Shown here: positions 8,675-18,210 of the stretch, piece by piece
Layout of the letters: every line of letters starts with the position of its first letter
Numbering within the stretch: position 1 is the first letter of the stretch
Sequence record: SRR2962707_771
Direction: 5' to 3' (one strand)
DNA length: 40,178 nt
Program-made: the position numbers and the translations under genes
The notes under the pieces: model-generated
What the model was told of the DNA's origin: nothing
Database searches by the model: none
Seen by the model: only the letters and a program-made list of their open reading frames with translations

Positions 8675-9592
8675 TTATAAGCTGTTTTTATATGCCAGCA
8701 TATAAGTGACTTTCCCTTTTTTAGCATTAAAGAGTTTGGTCAGGCCTTTTTGGTTAAATGACTCAAACTGTCCCATTTCTTTGGCTGTTTTTCCTGAGCC
8801 ACCAATATTGTCGCTCTTCATATTTAAAAGGTAATGGCTGACGTCTGTGATGGCTTGGCGGTACCCTTTGGCGGAAGTTAAGTCATAACGATTTAGATCA
8901 ATGCCTTTGCGAACTTCCTTAGACCAATAGAACTCAAGAAAGGGCACGGGATTTTTAGGTTTGTCCCAGCCCACATTACGGGAGTAGTACATCACAGAGC
9001 GGTATTTATCATTTTCAAAATTAGCCATGCCCAGAGACGTCGGCAGCTGCTGATAAGTAATAGTGTGCCCTGTGCTGTTTTGTAGCCAAGTATTACCGTC
9101 TTTCACCATGGCTTTCCAAAATGCTGTCATGGTGGGCAATGCACGATAATCTTTGGCAACAACGACCTTGACCTTAAATTGCTTGCCGCCATTACGCATC
9201 TGCCAGAAGGCGTTAAAAGTATGGTGCCCATCGGTAAGATAATATTGGCCATTGGGTGCAATCACTATGGTCTTCATGGCTTGCTTTTCTGTGCCCACGG
9301 CCTCATCACATTGAAAGCTGCTAGGAATGTTTGGCATAGAGCCGGTATTAAAATGTGAGACACCTTTTTGGCCATTTGCCTCACAGATTTCATCAAATTG
9401 TTTCTTAGGGTCCGCTTGAAATCGTCCTAATTTGTAATAGACCTGATCGTACCCTATAGCAGGTTGAGTTGGGTGCAACTCACCCAGTGTCACAGTGGTA
9501 ATGCTACCTACTTCTAACTCGTTAGCGTTAACCAAAGAGGAGATGAGTAGAAGTAACGACAAAAATGGCAGCATGAGTGTTTTGGGTATCAT
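8675..9592 (-). CDS. ParB/sulfiredoxin-fold protein (ParB-like nuclease family) with signal peptide
   Basis: ELHPTQPAIG, YYLTDGHHT and PFLEFYW motifs; hydrophobic N-terminus ending VNA|NE; SD AAGGA. Confidence 0.75.
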   Translation of the reverse strand: MIPKTLMLPFLSLLLLISSLVNANELEVGSITTVTLGELHPTQPAIGYDQVYYKLGRFQADPKKQFDEICEANGQKGVSHFNTGSMPNIPSSFQCDEAVGTEKQAMKTIVIAPNGQYYLTDGHHTFNAFWQMRNGGKQFKVKVVVAKDYRALPTMTAFWKAMVKDGNTWLQNSTGHTITYQQLPTSLGMANFENDKYRSVMYYSRNVGWDKPKNPVPFLEFYWSKEVRKGIDLNRYDLTSAKGYRQAITDVSHYLLNMKSDNIGGSGKTAKEMGQFESFNQKGLTKLFNAKKGKVTYMLAYKNSL

Positions 9593-9919
9593 GGTGTTTT
9601 TCCTTAGTAGCGCGTGAACAGTAGGGTGTTAAAAAAAGCAGTGTATAACCCTTAAGTTACATTTGTGTATCAACATCAGTGACACATAATAAACCGTTAG
9701 CGGAACTGGGTGCTGGCAGGGTGTGTTTATACAACATATTGAGTTGGGCATTGGGTCTCTAGAAAGGACTTTTAGCTAAGCCCTTAAAGCAATAACGATA
9801 TTCCATTACGTTATGAATACTTTCTTGCAGTCGATTACCACTGCTTTAAAATCCACCCCCCTGTATTTTTCTAATGTCTTGATGATTAGACATTTTTTAA
9901 CCTTAATTTGGAATAATTC

Positions 9920-11173
9920 ATGAATGCTAAAGAACATCTAAGCGGTTTTGTGTTGCTTGGCCTGGTATTGGCCTTGGGTGGCATTGCGCTAGACTCAATG
10001 ATCTTCTTTCGTTTGGTGATCGGTCTTGGCTTGGGCTATGCATTGACGCGTTCTGCGCTGGGCTTTGCTGGCAGTGTAAACCGTGCTTATCGGGCCGGTT
10101 CTACTAAATTAATGCGTGCATTGATGCTGATGTTTGCTGCGACTGCCGTTGCTTCTGTGGCCTTTCTGTATAACCAAGATCCCCATGATATGAACTTGTG
10201 GGTAAACCCAATTAACGCCGGTTTGATTGTTGGCGGTTTAATGTTTGGTTTTGGTATGTCGTTTGCGGGCTGTTGCGCTTCTGGAGTATTAACATATTTC
10301 TCAAGCAGTTTGACTCGTCCTGCCTTGGTTTTGTTTAGCTTTGGTATGGGAGTCTTTCTTGGTTTTCCGTTGCAGGCTCAAGAAAACTGGATTCGCGAAA
10401 GTTGGATTTCGACGGCGACGTATGAAGGTAAGGGTGTGTATTTACCGGATTTGTTTGCCGGTACACCAATGGATGGCTATCTCGGTGCTATCTTACTGAC
10501 GGTTTTGTTTGCGGGTATCGTGACTTGGTTTGCTCATCGCTATGAACGTGGTCGTCGTCGCCAAGATACTTTTATTGGAGTGGTGTCTGAGAAAGAACAG
10601 TTAGAAAACACACCCCATGATTTGGCCGCGCATCCTTTCTTTAGTCGCGAGACATATCATGCGCTCTTCGTGCGTCGTTGGTCGATGACAACAGGTGTCG
10701 CCGTCATTGTGGTGTTGTTTACTCTTATGATGGGCGTGACCGGCGCTGGTTGGGGGGCTTCTACGCCATTTGGTCTTTGGTTTGGTCGCTTATTGATTGC
10801 TGTCGGCATGGACCCAATGAACATTGCGGCATTTACGCATCGCCCTGTACAAGCCTTTACTATGCCTTTCTTTAGCCACCCAATTAATGTTCAGAATATC
10901 GGTATTATGTTGGGCTCAGTGATTTCATTGTTGCTGGCTGGTCGCTTCTTCAGTGGTATGTCGCGCCTACGATTAGGCGGTCGTGAAGCCGTTATGTTGG
11001 TTATTGCCGGTTTGGCAATGGGGCTAGGTACACGTTTTGCGAATGGCTGTAATGTGGGTGCCTTGTATACACCGATTGCCAATTTCTCATTATCTGGTTG
11101 GATCTTTCTGGTCGTGATGGTTGCAGGTGGTGTGTTTGGTAATCAGCTAGGTAAGCGCTTAAAGAATGCGTAA
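9920..11173 (+). CDS. YeeE/YedE family sulfur-compound (thiosulfate-type) transporter
   Basis: Multi-TM and Gly-rich; repeated motifs GGLMFGFGMSFAGCCASG and MGLGTRFANGCNVG. Confidence 0.85.
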   Translation: MNAKEHLSGFVLLGLVLALGGIALDSMIFFRLVIGLGLGYALTRSALGFAGSVNRAYRAGSTKLMRALMLMFAATAVASVAFLYNQDPHDMNLWVNPINAGLIVGGLMFGFGMSFAGCCASGVLTYFSSSLTRPALVLFSFGMGVFLGFPLQAQENWIRESWISTATYEGKGVYLPDLFAGTPMDGYLGAILLTVLFAGIVTWFAHRYERGRRRQDTFIGVVSEKEQLENTPHDLAAHPFFSRETYHALFVRRWSMTTGVAVIVVLFTLMMGVTGAGWGASTPFGLWFGRLLIAVGMDPMNIAAFTHRPVQAFTMPFFSHPINVQNIGIMLGSVISLLLAGRFFSGMSRLRLGGREAVMLVIAGLAMGLGTRFANGCNVGALYTPIANFSLSGWIFLVVMVAGGVFGNQLGKRLKNA

Positions 11174-11225
11174 TCGACAAAATTTGTAAAACACTGTCTG
11201 TTTTTTTAAATCATAAGTGTTTGCT

Positions 11226-11262
11226 AAAGCCGTCTTCTTTTCATGAAAGAGGCGGCTTTTTT
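11226..11262 (+). terminator. Intrinsic terminator
   Basis: AAAGCCGTCT...AGAGGCGGCTTTTTT downstream of the YeeE-family gene. Confidence 0.8.
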
Positions 11263-11561
11263 ATCTGCTATCGACTAGAATGTATAGCGTCTTTTGGTGG
11301 GTAAAATCATTGTTTTCAAAAGATTAGTTTTACTTGTTCTAGGCAGAGAAATAGCCGTGCTTGATACATGTTTTTATCAAAGAGTTACATAAGTCCTATA
11401 TTTATAAGCTAGTGTTTTCTTATATTCTCAATATAACAGGCAGTTTTTTGATAGTAGATGTAAAAGCTGAGGCATTTGCGTGATGCAACCACAGAGAGTG
11501 CCGTGTTTATTCTAAACGTGTTCTTGTTAGATAAACAAATTCGTCTATAAGGAAATTTTAG

Positions 11562-13835
11562 ATGCATAACGTAACGGGCTATAGCAGTGTAAAAACCGTG
11601 TTAATGCCAATTGTAGCGAGCTTAACCGGCTTAATTTTATTTTTTATTTTTTACCCTCCTGCTCCACTATTCAGTACAAAAATAACGATTTCAATTATCG
11701 CCGTTGTTTTTGGCAGCAATGTGCTCACCTCTATTTTATTGCATCGATTGTTTAAGAAAAACCTTCAGGTAATGACCAATATTTTCCATTCGATGGACGA
11801 TGTGGTGGGAGTGAAAGACTACCAAGGTAATTTTGTTTTCTGTAATGAAAAAGTCGCTTATTTATACCAAAGTACCCCAGAACAGATGGTTGGAAAAGAC
11901 GACTATTTTTTTACTAAAAATAGGGAACAGGCCGATTTCTTCTTAAAAAGTGCTCAAGACATTATGGACCGTTTTGAAAAAGAAGTGGTTTATGAATCGT
12001 CAATGGACACGAACACCGGCGAGGTTCGTCATTTTAGTTCAACCAAAATTCCCTTTAAAGACACCCAAAATAATTGCAAGATTGCTATTTTTGCTAAAGA
12101 CATAACCGATATCGCCCGCCTTAAAGAAGGGGCGGATAGAAACCAAAAACGTCTTGAACATGTACTAGATGTTTCCGAGGAAGGGTTATGGGAATGGAAC
12201 ATTCAAACTAACCAGGTACTGCATAATAAGCGCTGGGAAAACATCATTGGTATTGAGTCGAGCCGAGAAACCTTTATTGAGTTTGAAGCCTGTATTGTGC
12301 AGGAAGATAAAGTGAAGGTGGGTCAAGCGCTGGATTTGTTGTTAACCAAAAGCCAACCTTACAATATTGAGTTCCGTATGAAGCGCCCCGACGGAAAAGT
12401 CATCTGGGTATGGGACCGTGGTCGAGTGGCTGAGGTGGATGAAAATGGTGATCCGATTTGGTTAGTGGGCATCATTTTAGACATTACGACTGAAAAGTTG
12501 AATCAGCAGAAAATTGAACGTCTCGCGTATTACGACAGCTTAACAGGCCTTGTTAACCGAACTCAGTTAGAGGTTGAGCTGGATGAAGTCATTCGGTTAA
12601 GTGTGCAAAAAGGCCAATACAGTGCGGTGTTATTTTTAGATCTAGACCGCTTTAAACTCCTAAATGACAGTTATGGTCATCATATGGGGGATAAGTTGTT
12701 GACTCTGGTGGCGTCTCGTCTGATTGATAAAGGCTCTAGTGATATGGTTATTTCGCGCTTTGGGGGTGACGAGTTTGTCATTATTTATCCCTTGGTGGAT
12801 AGCGACGAAGACAAAGCCATTTTCGAAGCACAGCGATACGCAAATGAGCTGATGATCGAGATTTCCAAGACCTTTTTTATCCAAAACGATCACCATGATG
12901 TGTCCATAGAATACGATATTTCTGTCAGTGTGGGCGGCATTGTATTCAATGGACAAGACACGACGACGGGCTCATTACTGCAATTGGCAGACCTGGCTTT
13001 GTATCGCGCAAAATCCACATCGGTGTCGCAGGCACTGATCTTTGGTATCGATATGAAAGATGAGTTAACCCATTCGAGTCAGCTGCTTAAAGACATTAGG
13101 CAGTCTATCGTGGACCAGGATTTTCTGATCTATTTACAGCCGAAACTGAACCGAGATGAAACCTTGATTGGGGCCGAAGCGTTAGTGCGCTGGCAGCACC
13201 CTACACGAGGTTTGTTGAACCCTGCGGCCTTTATTGATCAAGCGGAAGAAAGTAACTTTATTGTCAAAATTGGCAAGCAAGTACTGATGCGGGTATGCGA
13301 GCAACTGTCTCTTTGGCAGCGCTCTTCAGAGACTCAACATCTGACGATTTCTGTGAATTTAAGTGCAAAGCAAATTTGGCAAAGTCAGTTTGTTGACGAC
13401 TTTATGTTGACGGTGAATTCTTTTGATATTGATAAGAGTAAGTTGATTGTCGAAGTGACGGAAACTGTGTTGCTGCAAGACATTAAGGACGCCACTGAAA
13501 AAATGAACAGGCTGAAGTCTCACGGTATTACGATATCTTTGGATGATTTTGGCACCGGCTACTCGTCATTAAATTATCTGCACCGTTTACCGATTGATGA
13601 AATTAAGATAGATCGCTCCTTCATTAATGATTTTGCCGAAGACGAACAGGTGAAGTTAATGGTGAAGTCGATAGTGGATCTTGCCAACAATTTTGGCGTC
13701 AATGTGGTGGCAGAAGGCGTTGAAAATATAGAACAGTTTGATTTATTGAAAGAATTCAATGTGGACGTGTATCAAGGTTTCTTTTTTAGCAAGCCGATTT
13801 CACTCATAGAGTTCGAACGTTATCTTTTGACCTAA
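11562..13835 (+). CDS. Membrane-anchored PAS-PAS-GGDEF-EAL c-di-GMP enzyme
   Basis: Two N-terminal TMs, two PAS/PAC segments, DLDRFK..NDSYGH..GD, RFGGDEF, GAEALVRW, DDFGTGYSS, VAEGVE and QGF. Confidence 0.93.
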   Translation: MHNVTGYSSVKTVLMPIVASLTGLILFFIFYPPAPLFSTKITISIIAVVFGSNVLTSILLHRLFKKNLQVMTNIFHSMDDVVGVKDYQGNFVFCNEKVAYLYQSTPEQMVGKDDYFFTKNREQADFFLKSAQDIMDRFEKEVVYESSMDTNTGEVRHFSSTKIPFKDTQNNCKIAIFAKDITDIARLKEGADRNQKRLEHVLDVSEEGLWEWNIQTNQVLHNKRWENIIGIESSRETFIEFEACIVQEDKVKVGQALDLLLTKSQPYNIEFRMKRPDGKVIWVWDRGRVAEVDENGDPIWLVGIILDITTEKLNQQKIERLAYYDSLTGLVNRTQLEVELDEVIRLSVQKGQYSAVLFLDLDRFKLLNDSYGHHMGDKLLTLVASRLIDKGSSDMVISRFGGDEFVIIYPLVDSDEDKAIFEAQRYANELMIEISKTFFIQNDHHDVSIEYDISVSVGGIVFNGQDTTTGSLLQLADLALYRAKSTSVSQALIFGIDMKDELTHSSQLLKDIRQSIVDQDFLIYLQPKLNRDETLIGAEALVRWQHPTRGLLNPAAFIDQAEESNFIVKIGKQVLMRVCEQLSLWQRSSETQHLTISVNLSAKQIWQSQFVDDFMLTVNSFDIDKSKLIVEVTETVLLQDIKDATEKMNRLKSHGITISLDDFGTGYSSLNYLHRLPIDEIKIDRSFINDFAEDEQVKLMVKSIVDLANNFGVNVVAEGVENIEQFDLLKEFNVDVYQGFFFSKPISLIEFERYLLT

Positions 13836-13847
13836 TGGGTTAAATAG

Positions 13848-13881
13848 GAATGAGAGAAGGTGATGTACCTTACTCTCATTC
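13848..13881. terminator. Hairpin between convergent genes, probable terminator
   Basis: GAATGAGAG-AAGGT...ACCTT-A-CTCTCATTC. Confidence 0.6.
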
Positions 13882-13890
13882 GAGTGGTTA

Positions 13891-15564
13891 CTAGGCGTTG
13901 AACTTAGCGGTAATGTTTTTAATCATTTCTGCTTGTTGTTCTAGCTTATTCATTTGCTCCGCTGTTTTGGCAGAGTCACTTCCTATGTTTTCGGCCAGTT
14001 CGGCAATGCCAGAAATATTCTTCGCAATGCTGTTGGCGACTTGAGATTGTTCATTGGCAGACGTTGCTACCTGAACGTTCATCAAGGTTAAGTTTTTGAT
14101 TGAGTCTGTGCTTGAATCAATAATGCCATTGATTTTGGCCATGGATTCCACCACCTTGTTACGCTGCTCAGTTGAACCATACATCTCATCCATAGTTTTA
14201 ACCGAGCTCGTTTGCAGCTTTTCTAAGATGTCTTTGATTTCGACCGTACTGTGCTGAGTGCGTTGTGCAAGGCCTCTTACTTCGTCGGCAACGACCGCAA
14301 AGCCTCGACCTTGTTCGCCCGCTCTTGCGGCCTCAATGGCAGCGTTCAGGGCTAATAGATTGGTTTGTTCAGAAATCCCTTCGATGACGGCCAATGCGCT
14401 GTTAATTTCTTCAACATTTGCGCCGACTACTTTAACGGATTGCTCAACATTGGTCAGTACGCGGCTTAGCTCATTCAGTTGCTCACTTGAGAATTGAACT
14501 TGTTTAACAACCTCTTGAATTTCCATTTCAACATTTTCAGCCGAGTGTTTTGTGTTTTCTGCGATGTCGGCAATTTGAATGGAGTTAGACGCCATTTCCT
14601 CCACGGCGGTGGCGACCATGTTGGTTTCGTCAATCTGTTTGGCTGAGACTTGCTCACGTTGAGTGCGTTGTTGATTGGCCATCATCGAAATGGTGTGCAA
14701 TTCTTCGCTGGAATGCTTAAGTGTTTTGATGTCTGTGGCCATGGAGCTCAAAAAGGTATTAAAGTCATTGGCGATGTCGTTCAAAATATCGATCGAGCTG
14801 CTGGGCAGTGCTTTTGTTAAATCACCTTGTCCTGAGGCGAGTCCTTTAACGGATGCGCCTAAGGTGAAAAGAGGGGTTAAAATACTGCGTGAAGAGAATA
14901 AAACACAGAAAATGACCACGACAAAGACCGCCGCTAACACCAATAGGGCGCTGATTAAACTGTTGTCTTTAATGTTATTAATAGAAGATTGAATGCCAGA
15001 GATGATCTTGTCTGTGCTGTCGATGTAAAAACCGGACCCGACGACGATATCCCATTTCGAAATATACACCGCGTAACCAAATTTCTCAGACGCCTCTTTT
15101 GCGCCAGGCTTAGGGAAATAGAAAGTACTAAAGCCATCGCCTTTCACTGCAGAATTGACAATGTCTTGGATAAAATATTGGCCTTTTTTGTCTTTGGCAT
15201 TCCAAAAATTACCGCCTAGTGGCGCGCCAGCGCCGTGCATAACGCGTACGCCGCTGGTGTCGTAGGCATACAGGTAGCCTTGTCCATTATCAAAATTTAC
15301 CTTGTTTAGGGCGTTTAAGGCGTCTTGCATGCCTTCTTTTCCAGGCTTGTTTATATCATCTTGTACGATACTGAGCGCGGTGTTTAATACCGACTCTAAA
15401 CGGGTTTTCTCGATGTCTAAAGTGGATTTTTCGGTTAGATCAGACACGTCATTCGTAATAGATTGCAGCGTGCTCATCTGAATAACAGCACTGACGATAG
15501 CGATGGCAAAAAAGGGCAGAAAGGCGAGTAAATAAATACGGAATTTCAAAGATTTTAACATCAT
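13891..15564 (-). CDS. Methyl-accepting chemotaxis protein with a single Cache sensor domain
   Basis: TM, Cache domain (GYLYAYD...D.KG...[10 protein letters not shown]), TM, HAMP; signalling motif [34 protein letters not shown]. Confidence 0.93.
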   Translation of the reverse strand: MMLKSLKFRIYLLAFLPFFAIAIVSAVIQMSTLQSITNDVSDLTEKSTLDIEKTRLESVLNTALSIVQDDINKPGKEGMQDALNALNKVNFDNGQGYLYAYDTSGVRVMHGAGAPLGGNFWNAKDKKGQYFIQDIVNSAVKGDGFSTFYFPKPGAKEASEKFGYAVYISKWDIVVGSGFYIDSTDKIISGIQSSINNIKDNSLISALLVLAAVFVVVIFCVLFSSRSILTPLFTLGASVKGLASGQGDLTKALPSSSIDILNDIANDFNTFLSSMATDIKTLKHSSEELHTISMMANQQRTQREQVSAKQIDETNMVATAVEEMASNSIQIADIAENTKHSAENVEMEIQEVVKQVQFSSEQLNELSRVLTNVEQSVKVVGANVEEINSALAVIEGISEQTNLLALNAAIEAARAGEQGRGFAVVADEVRGLAQRTQHSTVEIKDILEKLQTSSVKTMDEMYGSTEQRNKVVESMAKINGIIDSSTDSIKNLTLMNVQVATSANEQSQVANSIAKNISGIAELAENIGSDSAKTAEQMNKLEQQAEMIKNITAKFNA

Positions 15565-15823
15565 ATTATTTTATATGTTCCTTAATGGGATATTACGATG
15601 GCACTATAATCTAAAGTTGAGTAAACGCAAACAATAGGGCGTCGTATAAGACAATGACGTCAGTGTTATAAACGCAGGGACCATATTAGCGTTTAGACGT
15701 TGGTCATGATGAAATAGTTAAATATCGTGTGACTAAAATCAATTGCGAAGGGCGTTTATTTGCGACAAGCCTGTAATAAATCAACAGGTTCTGTTTTGCT
15801 GGCGGGTTTTGAATGGTAGAAGA

Positions 15824-15854
15824 AAGGCATACGATATGCTTTGACGAATGCCTT
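15824..15854 (-). terminator. Probable terminator of the RraA-family gene
   Basis: AAGGCAT...ATGCCTT imperfect hairpin, 14 bp after the stop codon. Confidence 0.45.
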
Positions 15855-15867
15855 ATTTAGAGTGTGT

Positions 15868-16359
15868 TTAGTTTTTTGGCATGGCCAGAGGTTGCTTAGC
15901 GACGGCAATCCCATTAAGGTCGCAATAGATTTGGTCACCTGGTTGCACCGTGATACCCGCAAATTTAAGGGTTTTACCCACTTCGCCTAAACCGCGCTTT
16001 TCTGTCGGCATCGGGTGTGCGTTAAGAGCGTGAATACCGAGATTGACCTGAGATTGAGCGGCCACATCACGGATCGCGCCATATATGACAATGCCTTCCC
16101 AGCCGTTATTGGCGGCTTTTTCTGCCAACATGTCACCCAACAAGGCGCGGCGTACGCTGCCACCACCATCGACGACTAATACTTTTCCTTTTCCTGGCGT
16201 GCCGACAAGCTCGCGCACACGGCTGTTGTCTTCAAAGCAAGACACAGTGACAACTTCGCCATTGAAGTGGCTTTTTTTGCCGTAGGATTTGAAAACAGGA
16301 TCGGCGATCTGAAGGTGCTCAGGATAGAGATCGCATAAATCTGGGAGAATGTCTTTCAC
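15868..16359 (-). CDS. rraA: RraA family protein (regulator of RNase E activity / HMG aldolase-like)
   Basis: PDLCD, CFEDNS, VLVVDGGGS.RRALLGD, GAIRD, PGD.IYCD.NG; GTG start with GGAG SD. Confidence 0.88.
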   Translation of the reverse strand: MKDILPDLCDLYPEHLQIADPVFKSYGKKSHFNGEVVTVSCFEDNSRVRELVGTPGKGKVLVVDGGGSVRRALLGDMLAEKAANNGWEGIVIYGAIRDVAAQSQVNLGIHALNAHPMPTEKRGLGEVGKTLKFAGITVQPGDQIYCDLNGIAVAKQPLAMPKN

Positions 16360-16497
16360 AAGAACTCCATTTAGAATCAGAAAAGTCAGGTTAAATAAAA
16401 ACGTACTCTTTCTGACTCTAAATAGGAAAGCTTATCAACACCAGTTTCTTGTGCTTATAGTCATCATTTTACAGCGCTATAAAAGTGTCAATATTAT

Positions 16498-17016
16498 TTA
16501 CTCTGCACTTTGCTCTGGAATATCTGCCGCGTCGATCAAGCCATATTCAACGGCAATTTGCAGCAGTTGAATGATGATTTCATCAGGCGGTAATAAATGC
16601 AGTGGTGTGGTTTGGCCTTGTTCAGCCAGAGCGTCCGTTAGAGACACGTCGCGTTCTTCGAACCAAGAATGAATACTGTGGATTTCAAAGCTTGGGTCTA
16701 AACCTTTCGTGTCATAGGTCGCTTCAACCAAGGTATTGAGTTCGTCAGGGTCGAGACCGTAAATAACGTCAGTATCGAATTCGTTCGTCCATTCTGCCAG
16801 AATATCACTGGCTTCAAAGCCAAATTCATACAGTTGGTTTTCATCGAGATCCAGAGCGTTTTGCTCGACAGTGTGGTTTTCTAGCCACTCATCATCAGGA
16901 ATCACCAACACTTCTTTTACTTGGGCCTCAGGGGTCGACCAGGTGAATAAAAGAGGAAAAGCGGGCTCGTCAGATGAATTGGCGACAGCCGTCATGAATA
17001 TAGGTAAACTTGCCAT
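16498..17016 (-). CDS. Very acidic hypothetical protein, possibly a degenerate DEDD/DnaQ-like fold
   Basis: Fills the gap between rraA and the peptidase gene. Start moved to ATG 17016 to avoid overlapping the divergent gene; ATG 16995 is an alternative. About 38 D/E versus 3 K/R by hand count. Confidence 0.7.
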   Translation of the reverse strand: MASLPIFMTAVANSSDEPAFPLLFTWSTPEAQVKEVLVIPDDEWLENHTVEQNALDLDENQLYEFGFEASDILAEWTNEFDTDVIYGLDPDELNTLVEATYDTKGLDPSFEIHSIHSWFEERDVSLTDALAEQGQTTPLHLLPPDEIIIQLLQIAVEYGLIDAADIPEQSAE

Positions 17017-17052
17017 AAATAGAACCAATGTTTGATTTTTAAGGAATAAAGA

Positions 17053-18210
17053 ATGACCAGCCGAATCAAGATCAGTAGTGCGTTTGATGGCGGTAACATC
17101 TCCGTTATTGAAGCCTCGGAGCCGGACAATATTAGAGTAAAGATCCCTAATGATACAAACTCTAAATTTCTTCAATGGTTTTATTTTCGCTTACAAGGCG
17201 GTATGGGCGAAAGTTGCGTGATTCAATTTGAGAACGCCAATGACGCCGCTTACCCAGATGGCTGGGTCGATTACCAAGCCGTTGCCTCTTATGACAGAGA
17301 ATATTGGTTCCGTGTGCCAACGGAATACGTAGATGGGAAGCTGGTGATTAATCATCAGCCTGAGCAAGACAGCGTCTATTATGCGTACTTTGCACCGTAC
17401 AGCTACGAGCGTCATTTAGACATGATGGCGTGGGCGGCGAGCAATGAAGACTGCATTACGCACCATCTAGGTGAAACCGCCGAAGGGCGCGATATCACCA
17501 TGTTGGAAATCAGCAAAACCCAAGGTCTGGCGAAAAACATTTGGATTACCGCGCGCCAACACCCAGGTGAAACCATGGCAGAATGGTTCATTGAGGGCTT
17601 GTTAGAGCGTTTATTTGATGAGTCTCATCCTGTGTCGCGAGCCTTGCTCGAAAAGTGTCGCTTCTATGTGGTGCCGAACATGAACCCAGACGGCGCAGTG
17701 CATGGTAATTTGCGCGTGAACTCAAAAGGCGTGAACTTGAATCGTGAGTGGAAAAAACCGACGAAAGAGTTCAGTCCAGAAGTGTTGGCAGTGCAAACTA
17801 AGATGGCCGAAACGGGCGTCGACATGTTTTTAGACATTCACGGTGACGAAGCCTTACCAGTGAATTTCGTCGATGGTTGCCAAGGCGTGCCGTCGTTTGA
17901 TGCGCGTATGGAATCGATGGAAACACTGTTCAAAGACATGTTTTTGGCGGTTAGCCCAGATTTTCAAACGGAGATTGGTTACGAGCCAGATCAGTTTGGC
18001 GAGGCCAATTTAACGGTGGCGACAAAGTGGGTTGGTGAAACCTATCGCTGTTTAGCGCTTACCCTTGAAATGCCTTTTAAAGACAACCAAAACCTGCCTG
18101 ACGAAATGGTGGGTTGGTCGCCTGAACGTGCCAAAATATTAGGCGCTGATGTGCTTTATCCTGTGTATCACGTGCTGAATAGCAAGTACATGCAGGTTGA
18201 TAGTGAATAA
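17053..18210 (+). CDS. M14 family cytosolic zinc carboxypeptidase (Nna1/CCP-like)
   Basis: N-domain FDGGN and QWFYF, YFAPYS, ARQHPGE, NPDG, NLNR, LDIHGDE, TLEMP. Confidence 0.9.
   Translation: MTSRIKISSAFDGGNISVIEASEPDNIRVKIPNDTNSKFLQWFYFRLQGGMGESCVIQFENANDAAYPDGWVDYQAVASYDREYWFRVPTEYVDGKLVINHQPEQDSVYYAYFAPYSYERHLDMMAWAASNEDCITHHLGETAEGRDITMLEISKTQGLAKNIWITARQHPGETMAEWFIEGLLERLFDESHPVSRALLEKCRFYVVPNMNPDGAVHGNLRVNSKGVNLNREWKKPTKEFSPEVLAVQTKMAETGVDMFLDIHGDEALPVNFVDGCQGVPSFDARMESMETLFKDMFLAVSPDFQTEIGYEPDQFGEANLTVATKWVGETYRCLALTLEMPFKDNQNLPDEMVGWSPERAKILGADVLYPVYHVLNSKYMQVDSE

Noticed and set aside
8675-9592. Chromosome partitioning ParB
   Set aside because: It has a signal peptide and lacks the GERRxRA motif, an HTH and a parA neighbour.
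14250-14380. Nucleotide similarity with 36940-37040
   Set aside because: Explained by the conserved MCP signalling hairpin; not a mobile repeat.
8500-15860. Possible genomic island (AT-rich intergenic regions, accessory-type genes)
   Set aside because: No integrase, transposase, tRNA or flanking direct repeats seen; GC content was not computed.
17017-17175. N-terminal extension of the 225-aa ORF
   Set aside because: It overlaps the conserved 5' end of the carboxypeptidase gene on the other strand, and its composition differs from the acidic body of the protein.
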